DNA of 29,526 nucleotides, taken from contig JBDRGF010000040.1 of NCBI GenBank assembly GCA_043818055.1, positions 1 through 29,526 on the forward strand, read 5' to 3'. The translations under genes and the position numbers were made by a program. The notes under the pieces were generated by a model. It ran no database searches and had not been told where the DNA came from. It saw only the letters and a list, made by a program, of their open reading frames with translations. Below, one piece after another: positions 19,724 through 27,467 of this stretch. This DNA comes from Pseudomonadota bacterium. Its GTDB lineage: Bacteria; UBA10199; 2-02-FULL-44-16; JBDRGF01. Numbering within the stretch: the stretch's first letter is position 1; every line of letters begins with the position of its first letter.

Positions 19724-20749
19724 TTAAACGCTCAATTCAGGCACGAAATTTTTGAGAAATGCGTAGAAATCGGTGAAACCTAATTTGTGAAGCGCCAATT
19801 TAACATACTCCAAAGATGTGGGAATATTCTTCAGAAAGTTTGGATTCCCCTTCACCCTATCTATATATACAAAGCGTCCTGCATCCTTGAGTTTTCGCTG
19901 AACTGTGACCAGGTGAAATGCCCTCAGAGTGTCGTTAAAATCACGTCCGCTCTTTTCCGTATAATGTTTTATCAGCGCCTCAACAACTGACATGTTTAAT
20001 TTGACATAGGAATCGCGCAGGAGTGAGACGAGGTCATAAACATATGGTCCGATAAGCGCATCCTGAAAGTCTATCATGTAGAGCTTTCCCTCTTTCAACA
20101 TCAGGTTGCGGCTTTGAAAATCGCGATGTGTAAAACCAAATTCGAGTTTTACTATCTCAGCGGAAATTTTTCGGGAAAACTTTTCGAATTCCTTCTTCTC
20201 CTGAGCAATGAGTTTTTTCCCGCCCCTCGCCTCGATGCCATATTCCAAAAAGTGGTCAAACTCCCAATTCAAGAGGCTCTCGTCGAATCTCTTGCCGAAT
20301 GCCACACAGTGTTCCTTATCGATCAACTTCGATCGTTCCTGAACTTCGACGAGCAGGTCGACAGCCATCTCATACCACTTTTTTTGCTCCTGATCGGGCT
20401 TGCCATCGACAAGACCAAATAACATTTCATCTCCAAGATCTTCGATGACGAGCAGCTTTTCATCCTTAGTATTATGAACGATATGCGGGACCGGCAGATG
20501 CGCATTCGACAAACAACGCTGCAAGTTGATGAAGGAGAGTTCCCTTATACCGCCGTCATACTTGGTCACCTCTTCAGAGATGGAGGCATGGCCATCCGGC
20601 ATCTGCATGATTATGAAGCTCTCCCCATCCTCGCATTCCGCCCTGTAAAATGTGCGATATGAGGCATCTCCATGCAGCTTCGAGATGCTCCACTCAGATG
20701 GAGTCGTGTTAGTTATCTCAGCAAGCAGATTTTTGATTTTAGAATCCAT
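19724..20749 (-). CDS. amgK: APH-family phosphotransferase, AmgK-like anomeric MurNAc/GlcNAc kinase
   Basis: HGDASYRTFYR, IEDLGD, THRDFQSRNLM, IDFQDALIGPYVYDLVSLLRD, QRKLKDAGRF; paired with a MurU-like gene. Confidence 0.82.
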   Translation of the reverse strand: MDSKIKNLLAEITNTTPSEWSISKLHGDASYRTFYRAECEDGESFIIMQMPDGHASISEEVTKYDGGIRELSFINLQRCLSNAHLPVPHIVHNTKDEKLLVIEDLGDEMLFGLVDGKPDQEQKKWYEMAVDLLVEVQERSKLIDKEHCVAFGKRFDESLLNWEFDHFLEYGIEARGGKKLIAQEKKEFEKFSRKISAEIVKLEFGFTHRDFQSRNLMLKEGKLYMIDFQDALIGPYVYDLVSLLRDSYVKLNMSVVEALIKHYTEKSGRDFNDTLRAFHLVTVQRKLKDAGRFVYIDRVKGNPNFLKNIPTSLEYVKLALHKLGFTDFYAFLKNFVPELSV

Positions 20750-20757
20750 AAAAATTC

Positions 20758-20785
20758 AGTCGCTGGTCGCTAGTCGCTGGCAGCT
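20758..20785. repeat. four heptamer tandem repeats (RGTCGCT)
   Basis: agtcgct ggtcgct agtcgct ggcagct in the short intergenic gap. Confidence 0.65.
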
Positions 20786-21164
20786 AGTTAATGGTAATCA
20801 CCACATTCGCATTGCTTGTGTTTTCGCCTGTCGTCACGACAATATTCTGGACGCCTGTTGTAGCGTTTTCAGGGACGGTGAATGTGATCGCCTCTAATTC
20901 GATAGCTGTCGGATTAGCCGGTATCTCATATTTCTCCCCTACAGCCACATTGTTTCCAAAACTTACAAAATTATTTTCAGGGACTATGGAGAACCCAAAG
21001 CCGTAGATCACTACCTTATCCCCCCTGATGGGGCTAGCAGGGTCAACTCTATTAATGGTAGGCGGCGCCATACTCACAATATCCTCTGAAAAGGGAACAT
21101 CCGTAACAGAGCCGCACGATATGACAAAAAGGGATATGAACAATGTCAGCAACGGAATTTTCAT
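20784..21164 (-). CDS. IPT/TIG domain lipoprotein
   Basis: Lipobox VISC; PPTINRVDP...GDKVVIYGFGF...N.VSFG...ITFTVP...G...V.T...SN pattern. Confidence 0.82.
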   Translation of the reverse strand: MKIPLLTLFISLFVISCGSVTDVPFSEDIVSMAPPTINRVDPASPIRGDKVVIYGFGFSIVPENNFVSFGNNVAVGEKYEIPANPTAIELEAITFTVPENATTGVQNIVVTTGENTSNANVVITIN

Positions 21165-21355
21165 TGAATGAGCTTATAAACAAAAAGTGGAATAAAAGGC
21201 AAAGAGAAAAAAACGAGGGTCAAGCTTCAAATCTTATCCCCTGGACCCTGGTTACTTGTCTCTTGCCCTTTGATTACATGCTACATATTTCGACTATGCT
21301 TTAGTGGGTGAGATTGATTGATTGTTTCTTTCTATCTTCAATTTGTAACTTGAGA

Positions 21356-21384
21356 TTGTATTTTTCCATATCATACTCTATTAT
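21356..21384 (+). promoter_or_regulatory. possible sigma70 promoter of the metalloprotease gene
   Basis: TTGTAT-17 nt-TATTAT, followed by a GGAGG RBS and ATG 21409. Confidence 0.4.
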
Positions 21385-21408
21385 GGCCTCTCAAATCTGG
21401 AGGTTATA

Positions 21409-23826
21409 ATGAGTAGAAGAAAACAGTTTACCTTATCTTTAATAGTGCTGCTGGCACTCTCATCTCTCAGTTGTGGGGGGGGTGGTTCTTCTGGCGGAGG
21501 GACCACCTGGGGTGGCACACTTAACGACGGTTATGACGTGGCGGAGATTGAGTGTACTGGCACTGTAACCGGAGGAACTTTCACAAGCGGCACCTTTAGT
21601 ACAACAGTCGCCGCGGGTAAAATGAGCACCTGTGTAAATGCAACTAATCCTCAAGTGACCGCAGATACTTCGGTCCCTACCGGTTTGGATATTGGCACGG
21701 ACGGTTCTACCGAAACAAACGTAACAACTGGCGCCACTGCATATACATTAACCGTAGGTGATAGGGGTTTCATAACCGATAGCTCTGGAAATGTCACACT
21801 GACCATTCCCTATGTCGCTACGACAATTCCTGGCGCCAATGAAGATCCGCTGCACGTCTTTGTAAGGATTTTAAACAATGATGATAATTCAGTTGTAGAT
21901 GTAATGGGAACTGTAGATACAGTTGCTAAAACAGTCACTGTCAATCTGACGGGACTCCCCGCATCTATGACCGCCGTCGTCATTTACAATCCCAATATGG
22001 CAGCGATAGCCTCCAGTACAACTGCCAATACCGCGGTGAGTGTGACAAAAGCCACTCCCACAACTTGGGGTGCTGCAAGGTGGTGCGCAATTTATGATGC
22101 TGGCAATACGAGTCTGCAGGCCGCCTACACCACATATAAAGGTTCAAACCCGACAGCGACCCTTGCCGACATGATGAAGGCTGTTGCGGCAAACAATGCA
22201 GTCATCTCGCAGAACTATTTTGTGGCAGCGGGGTTTAGGCAGCCAGCCCTTCATGTAAAATCAACAGCGGTAGAACCTTGTAGCGCACTCACAACCACAC
22301 CTCATTTCAACATTCATGTGAGAGTGGGAGGTTCGCAATTCAGTCCGGTCGTAAGCGGTGAACCTGTGGCACCGAATGGAAATCATTGGGGGAGAGTCTA
22401 TGTGGGCACGGCTCGATTAAATCTCACAACAAGTGATGGTTTAGGACCTGTGCTAGCCAGCATCGCGCATGAAATTCTTCACGCCATACAATACGGTTAC
22501 GATATACCTTTTGCATCGACAACTATTGGATATGCCGAAGGGACTGCTACGACTTATGGACGTAGCATAGGGGTTAACTCTGGAACAACTTCCAACATGC
22601 CATATGCCAGGCAACAATCGAATGAAATTTTTAAGTTGGATCACTATATAGGTCAGAATTCTGCAGACGCGACAACCTTTGTGAGCACTATTGGATATTC
22701 CAACCAGGACTTCTTCGCCTATGTCGGTCGCAAATACAACAGCAATAACCTCTCATACCTCAACGCACTCTTCGATCAAATGAAATCCGATATCGCTGCC
22801 GAGACATCGGATCCATTGCAGTTTCAACCGACCAGAAAGCTGATGCGCGACGCTATGGACATATATTTTCAAGCAAACTTCACAGGCGCACCAACACTTA
22901 AAGAGGTCTATCTCGACTTTGTAAAACAGAGGGCTATGGAACATAACACAGAGAGCCAACTTCACACCGGCGATCCGACTATTGCGGGCGTATTTGTTTC
23001 GACTGTGTTTAACACGGCCGGCATCGCTGCTTTTTCTATCGACCCATTGAATGTAACAACGACCTCTGGCTCATTTACTAACACTGCGCCATTTGCGACG
23101 AGGGCTATACAGATAACTCCCTCTCAAACGGTTGCTGCTGGTGGAACTGGTGCAACGATTTCCGTCAGATTGATTCCTACTAACGGATCAATCGGAACGA
23201 CATTCGATGGCATCGCATATCAGAATGGAAATCGCCAGACACTACAGGAGACAAACAGCTTTACGAATTTTGGGATGTCTTCGACCGATGAAATAATTTT
23301 GCTCGTCTCCAATGTATCCGACACAAAGAATGATCTTGAGGTCATTGTAGGTGGAGATAATGGCAGCGGTGATAGCGGAGGCACTGGGGATACCAGCTTT
23401 TTTTCACTCACGACAAATACGCTACCGGGGCAGAGTATGACACCCGGGTGGATGACGGTAGTTGACAGTACTACTGGATTTATTATTATTCAGGTAACAG
23501 TAACTGGCGGCCCTACGAGTACATCACCCATTCTAGCATTGTTCTTGAATACATCCCGCATAACAGGGGCTGGAACTTATACTACCATAACTAACGATGT
23601 AACCAGCGCCGATGCACAGCTGAGCTACACGCAGGTCTCGCCATCTGTCGGATACTTTCCTACCGGGTCTGGCGCAACGCTGACAATCACCGAATGGGGT
23701 ACTGCCTCGGGAGACACCATCAAAGGATCTTTTAGCGTCCCGATGGTCGATGCAACTGACCCCACACAGACCGGCACACTCACAGCTACGTTTGTTGCTG
23801 TTATTCCGACTATTGGGAATTTGTAG
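21409..23826 (+). CDS. large Thr/Gly-rich lipoprotein with a zinc metalloprotease (HEXXH...E) domain
   Basis: Signal peptide with LSC followed by a Gly/Ser linker; IAHEILHAIQY and downstream YAEGTAT (gluzincin-like third ligand); beta-rich flanking domains. Confidence 0.82.
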   Translation: MSRRKQFTLSLIVLLALSSLSCGGGGSSGGGTTWGGTLNDGYDVAEIECTGTVTGGTFTSGTFSTTVAAGKMSTCVNATNPQVTADTSVPTGLDIGTDGSTETNVTTGATAYTLTVGDRGFITDSSGNVTLTIPYVATTIPGANEDPLHVFVRILNNDDNSVVDVMGTVDTVAKTVTVNLTGLPASMTAVVIYNPNMAAIASSTTANTAVSVTKATPTTWGAARWCAIYDAGNTSLQAAYTTYKGSNPTATLADMMKAVAANNAVISQNYFVAAGFRQPALHVKSTAVEPCSALTTTPHFNIHVRVGGSQFSPVVSGEPVAPNGNHWGRVYVGTARLNLTTSDGLGPVLASIAHEILHAIQYGYDIPFASTTIGYAEGTATTYGRSIGVNSGTTSNMPYARQQSNEIFKLDHYIGQNSADATTFVSTIGYSNQDFFAYVGRKYNSNNLSYLNALFDQMKSDIAAETSDPLQFQPTRKLMRDAMDIYFQANFTGAPTLKEVYLDFVKQRAMEHNTESQLHTGDPTIAGVFVSTVFNTAGIAAFSIDPLNVTTTSGSFTNTAPFATRAIQITPSQTVAAGGTGATISVRLIPTNGSIGTTFDGIAYQNGNRQTLQETNSFTNFGMSSTDEIILLVSNVSDTKNDLEVIVGGDNGSGDSGGTGDTSFFSLTTNTLPGQSMTPGWMTVVDSTTGFIIIQVTVTGGPTSTSPILALFLNTSRITGAGTYTTITNDVTSADAQLSYTQVSPSVGYFPTGSGATLTITEWGTASGDTIKGSFSVPMVDATDPTQTGTLTATFVAVIPTIGNL

Positions 23827-23858
23827 ATATTACGGTTGGGAAAGAGGTAAGCTACAAC

Positions 23859-23893
23859 CAATTACCAATATTCAATTAACAATAATCAATTCT
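23859..23893 (+). repeat. five degenerate heptamer repeats (CAATTAA type)
   Basis: caattac caatatt caattaa caataat caattct. Confidence 0.6.
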
Positions 23894-23980
23894 ATGTGGG
23901 TGTGTCATTGCGACTGCCCGCCGAAACCATTAATGTGTATCACTTTTCCTTGCTGTCATTGCCGCGTCGACTACGTCTTA

Positions 23981-24721
23981 TTAGTTTTTTCTCCAGAGCT
24001 CGTCGATATATCTTGGCCTCTTTATGAATCTCTTAACATAGTATACCTTGAAGTTATGAATGGCCACGTATAGCCTTGGTCTGTTATAGAAAAATTCCTG
24101 TAACTGTAGAGTCTGTCCAGGGTATTCGAAATCGGGTTTGCCAAGTATGCGTTTTAACTCTTCCATGCTGGTTCCATGTCCAACGCCTTTGTAGGTAGCG
24201 CTGAATTTATTCTCCATACTTTTAAGGCTAAAGATATCATCGATATATTTTTCGCGTTTAATTAAAAATCTGCGATAACAATAATAGTAGTGATGCCAGC
24301 GCTGTGCACCGATTTCTTGAAGCAATTTAATGACCACTTCATCATGTGAGAATTTTTCTACCTCTGCAAAAATTATTTTGTCGCCAGTCGAAAACATTTT
24401 CCCAAGCTTATATTTTCCTCTGATCTTTGCGGGTGAGACCCTTTTAATCTTTGATAGAACACTCTTTGATAGATGAGGCGGTTTTTCGCTGAAATACTCA
24501 AGTGATTGATCGCTGCTTAAAGATTTTAGCTCTGGAGCGTTGACTATGTGAAAACCTACGTCATCAATAGTAAACCATTTTTCATTTCTATTGGGATCGG
24601 CACTGCATACAGAAGCTATAATTAATGTCGCACAGATAATCGGGCATGCAAATTTCAATCGTTTTCCGGTCTCTTTATTTTGTGACACCCGATGATTTAT
24701 AATATACTCGAAGTGATTCAA
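23981..24721 (-). CDS. hypothetical, probably exported basic protein with C-terminal SmpA/BLIP-like motif
   Basis: 246-aa ORF. The hydrophobic stretch KFACPIICATLIIASVCSA suggests a true start at TTG 24658. C-terminal GTSMEELKRILGKPD motif. Confidence 0.65.
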   Translation of the reverse strand: MNHFEYIINHRVSQNKETGKRLKFACPIICATLIIASVCSADPNRNEKWFTIDDVGFHIVNAPELKSLSSDQSLEYFSEKPPHLSKSVLSKIKRVSPAKIRGKYKLGKMFSTGDKIIFAEVEKFSHDEVVIKLLQEIGAQRWHHYYYCYRRFLIKREKYIDDIFSLKSMENKFSATYKGVGHGTSMEELKRILGKPDFEYPGQTLQLQEFFYNRPRLYVAIHNFKVYYVKRFIKRPRYIDELWRKN

Positions 24722-24841
24722 GCAATAGAAAACACCCGTACGAGAATTAGAATATTGTGATTGTTCCCGTAACCGTCACGTTTGTGGAGAGATAAGCTGT
24801 TCCAGGTACATTTTGTTACCTATCTCCCCAGTTCACGCCCC

Positions 24842-24869
24842 TAAGCACTATACACTAAGCACTAAACAC
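24842..24869 (+). repeat. four heptamer tandem repeats (TAAGCAC type)
   Basis: taagcac tatacac taagcac taaacac. Confidence 0.7.
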
Positions 24870-24879
24870 TGCCTTTAGC

Positions 24880-24915
24880 GTCCGATTTCTGGACGAATGA
24901 GTCCGATTTTCGGAC
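24880..24915. promoter_or_regulatory. tandem palindromic upstream activator sites (GTCC-N7-GGAC x2) for a sigma54 enhancer-binding protein
   Basis: GTCCGATTTCTGGAC (24880-24894) and GTCCGATTTTCGGAC (24901-24915), 21 bp apart, about 75-110 bp upstream of a -24/-12 element. Confidence 0.7.
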
Positions 24916-24961
24916 GCTTTTCGAACACCCTTACAACCCCATTTTTTTGCAAAGGCTTTAT

Positions 24962-24974
24962 TTTCAACCACTTA
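24962..24974 (+). promoter_or_regulatory. IHF binding site
   Basis: TTTCAACCACTTA matches WATCAA-N4-TTR with one mismatch, has an upstream AT tract, and lies between the enhancer sites and the sigma54 promoter. Confidence 0.6.
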
Positions 24975-24990
24975 TCATCATCTTCCACTT

Positions 24991-25006
24991 TGGCACGCTT
25001 GTTGCT
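24991..25006 (+). promoter_or_regulatory. sigma54 (-24/-12) promoter
   Basis: TGGCACG-CTTG-TTGCT is a perfect match to TGGCACG-N4-TTGCW, 76 nt before ATG 25083. Confidence 0.88.
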
Positions 25007-25082
25007 TAAGAGAGGTGCAGTCAGCTGACATCAACAAATAACAAACGTGAGAGGATCTCACAAAAACAAAGGAGGAAGATGT

Positions 25083-25631
25083 ATGAAGAAGATTTTAACG
25101 GTAGGATTAGCAGTAGGTCTGATGATGGGATTATCCCAGGTAAGCCACGCGTGGTGGGTTGATACTAACGTCGATGCTGGGCGTTATAGCAACAGCAATA
25201 ACGACAACAAGAGAATTATGGAAAACAGCAGAATGACAACGACAACAAACAACAATCAGGATCTTAATTCTCACAATATGGATAATCGCGACTTCAGCAA
25301 TCGAAGCATTGATAATCACGCGATCAGCGGCTTCAACGATTATTCATCGAAGGATCAGTTCACAAACACGTTCGATAGCCACGATTCAAGCTATAGCTCC
25401 AGCGACACAACCGGAAGCTTCAACAACAACAAGTTCGACTCCAGCGTAGGACAAAGGAATGCATCGCATGATGTAAGCGGAACAGTGCGCAACTCTGTGA
25501 TGGGTGCATTCACACAGAAGATCGGCGCTGATGTCACCGGCGCGGTCAGCGGTGTTCAGGGAAACCTCGATGCCTCGACATCGAACAACCAGACATTCGG
25601 CGATGTCTCTGTCGGACAGTCAGACAAGTGA
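25083..25631 (+). CDS. secreted Asn/Ser/Asp/Thr-rich protein, candidate major fibre/amyloid subunit (182 aa)
   Basis: AAGGAGG RBS before ATG 25083; Sec signal MKKILTVGLAVGLMMGLSQVSHA; mature region has no Pro or Cys and is low-complexity with SHN/GFN/SFN-type pseudo-repeats. Confidence 0.8.
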   Translation: MKKILTVGLAVGLMMGLSQVSHAWWVDTNVDAGRYSNSNNDNKRIMENSRMTTTTNNNQDLNSHNMDNRDFSNRSIDNHAISGFNDYSSKDQFTNTFDSHDSSYSSSDTTGSFNNNKFDSSVGQRNASHDVSGTVRNSVMGAFTQKIGADVTGAVSGVQGNLDASTSNNQTFGDVSVGQSDK

Positions 25632-25634
25632 TCA

Positions 25635-25689
25635 TTCGGAGGAATTTCCTGGGCACGAGTGAGATTCCTGCCCAGGGGAATTTTCCGAA
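25635..25689 (+). terminator. intercistronic stem-loop without U-tract (mRNA stabiliser or partial terminator)
   Basis: TTCGGAGGAATTTCCTGGGCA pairs with TGCCCAGGGGAATTTTCCGAA (imperfect, G-U pairs allowed), immediately after the first gene of the operon. Confidence 0.65.
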
Positions 25690-25714
25690 AGATGATAAAA
25701 AACAGGAGGAATTT

Positions 25715-26059
25715 ATGAAAGATGGATACACAAAAAAGGCATGCTTCGGACTCATCGCATCGCTGATCACCTTAAGCCCACTCATGGGAGAGGCTCTTTG
25801 CCTCAAAGACTGTGAACAGAACGCTACATATATCAAACCTGCTCAGCAGGAAAACAGCTCGATCGGCTACATGGCAGACAGCGTCAGATACAGGGAGCGC
25901 AGCCACAATACAGGCGATGTGAAAAACTCGGTGATGGGTGATATGAACATCAAGGTCGGACACGAAAAACTCGACATCAACATCGGCTCGAACGCGACTG
26001 AGAACACTGTGGACGCATCGATCAGCTCAACAATAATCTTAGGAGATATGAAAAAATGA
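25715..26059 (+). CDS. small secreted protein paralogous to the C-terminus of 25083..25631 (114 aa), candidate minor subunit
   Basis: AGGAGG RBS before ATG 25715; signal-like N-terminus; shares SS[VI]G, SH..G.V[RK]NSVMG, K[IV]G and DAS.S.....GD with the upstream protein. Confidence 0.78.
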   Translation: MKDGYTKKACFGLIASLITLSPLMGEALCLKDCEQNATYIKPAQQENSSIGYMADSVRYRERSHNTGDVKNSVMGDMNIKVGHEKLDINIGSNATENTVDASISSTIILGDMKK

Positions 26060-26460
26060 AGTTTAAAAAACTTTCAAAAAACATCTTCCTCCTCAGCATT
26101 CTGGCCTTTATCGGCATGACATCCCTTGTGACTTTTGGCGCTCACGCCCAGACATCGGACGAAGAGGATCATGTAATGCTCGACAGCTTACGAAAGATGA
26201 GATCGAGACAGCAGAACGAAGAGCAGAGGATCACCGTCCGCAAGTTCGTGACCCAGACGACACAGAAAAAATGCACACCGGTTCAGCAGGCACGTCAGAG
26301 GATGAGGGAGATAGAGAGAGGAAATGGCACGCACAACGAAGAGGTGACGATCAACGCGGGACATGAAGAGTTAAACGTCACCGACAACCACGGGACGATC
26401 AATTCGGATATCAATATTCAGATAATAAAACAGGGAGGAGATGAGGACGAATGTTTATAA
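26056..26460 (+). CDS. small secreted protein (134 aa) with C-terminal beta-type region related to 25715..26059
   Basis: ATGA overlap with the upstream gene; signal peptide ending AHA; TINAGHEELNV aligns with NIKVGHEKLDI, and TINSDINIQII with TVDASISSTII. Confidence 0.78.
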   Translation: MKFKKLSKNIFLLSILAFIGMTSLVTFGAHAQTSDEEDHVMLDSLRKMRSRQQNEEQRITVRKFVTQTTQKKCTPVQQARQRMREIERGNGTHNEEVTINAGHEELNVTDNHGTINSDINIQIIKQGGDEDECL

Positions 26461-27464
26461 AAAATATAAAATTCTACGTTCTGTTTATAATATTTCTAAT
26501 TCAGTCCGTCAGCGCCTTTGCCGGAGCCCCGCTCACAAGCCTCACAAAAGACCGCCCGAAGATGCGGGTCGCTGTCTCGAATTTCGGCGCTACTGACCGC
26601 TTCGCCTCTGTATATGGTGGATGGAACATCGGAGGGGGGCTCGCCGCACAGCTCGTCACCGAACTCATCAAGACAAACAGGGTCGTCGTTGTCGAACGCG
26701 CGATACTCTCCAAAGTTCTCATCGAACAGGAGCTCGGTGAATCAAGGCTTTTGACACCGATGACGAAGACACCGGCGGGACACCTTCTGGGTGTCGATTA
26801 TCTGATAGTTGGCGAGGTGACGGAATTTGATGAAAAACAGGTCGGCGCAGGGATGGCCGCGGGATTTTTGGGCGTCAAAGCGAGCGGCGAAATTTCAGCG
26901 GCGCATGTCGGCATGGACATAAGACTTGTCGATACGAGAACCGGAGAGATACTCTATTCTCATCGTGCGCAGGGAAAGGCTTGGGAGAAGGCGATTGGCG
27001 CGAAGGTCGATTATAAGATCATCGATTTCGGCGGCGATGCCTTTCACAAGACTCCGCTTGGTATGGCAACAAGAAGGGCGATCGATAACGCAGTGGAGTT
27101 CATCCTCGGCATCATTGAAAAACAGGTTGAGGATTTCTCGTGGCTGGGACTCGTCATCGAGGCGGACAACAGCAACCTCTATTTCAACGTGGGGAGAGGT
27201 AAAAATGTCTATCCGGGCGACCGTTTTAAAATCACCACTGTTCAAAAAGTCCTGACAGATCCCGAAACTAATCAGGTGATAGGCATTGTGGAAAAAGACC
27301 TCGGCATGGCTCAAGCGGTCCAGGTTGAAAGAAAATATACAAAGGCAAAAATTTTAGGCGGCTTCAGACCTAACAAGGGCGATATCGTCCGCTTTGCTAA
27401 CCAAAGCAAACAAGAAGAATTCCAGCAGCACGAGGAGAGCACCGGTTACGAAATAATGGAGTAA
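26451..27464 (+). CDS. CsgG/HfaB-family secretion/assembly protein with C-terminal FlgT_C-like domain
   Basis: RVAVSNF, LVTEL..TNR..VVER..L..VL.EQ.L, GVDYLIVGEVTEF, DIRLVDTRTGEILYS, TPLG.ATR.AI; C-terminal LYFNVG....VYPGDRF....L.DPET..VIG. Confidence 0.88.
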   Translation: MFIKNIKFYVLFIIFLIQSVSAFAGAPLTSLTKDRPKMRVAVSNFGATDRFASVYGGWNIGGGLAAQLVTELIKTNRVVVVERAILSKVLIEQELGESRLLTPMTKTPAGHLLGVDYLIVGEVTEFDEKQVGAGMAAGFLGVKASGEISAAHVGMDIRLVDTRTGEILYSHRAQGKAWEKAIGAKVDYKIIDFGGDAFHKTPLGMATRRAIDNAVEFILGIIEKQVEDFSWLGLVIEADNSNLYFNVGRGKNVYPGDRFKITTVQKVLTDPETNQVIGIVEKDLGMAQAVQVERKYTKAKILGGFRPNKGDIVRFANQSKQEEFQQHEESTGYEIME

Positions 27465-27467
27465 AAA

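Noticed and set aside
24789..24826. Weak hairpin GAGATAAG...CCTATCTC upstream of 23981..24721
   Set aside because: Short, imperfect, with a long loop; not distinguishable from chance.
25047..25714. ORF-track starts at GTG 25047 and GTG 25628
   Set aside because: Strong RBS plus signal peptides indicate ATG 25083 and ATG 25715; the 25628 extension runs through a hairpin.
25083..27464. Labelling the operon as canonical csgBA/csgEFG curli
   Set aside because: No curlin QxGxxN repeats, no recognisable CsgE/CsgF, and the CsgG-like protein lacks the lipoprotein Cys, so gene symbols were withheld.
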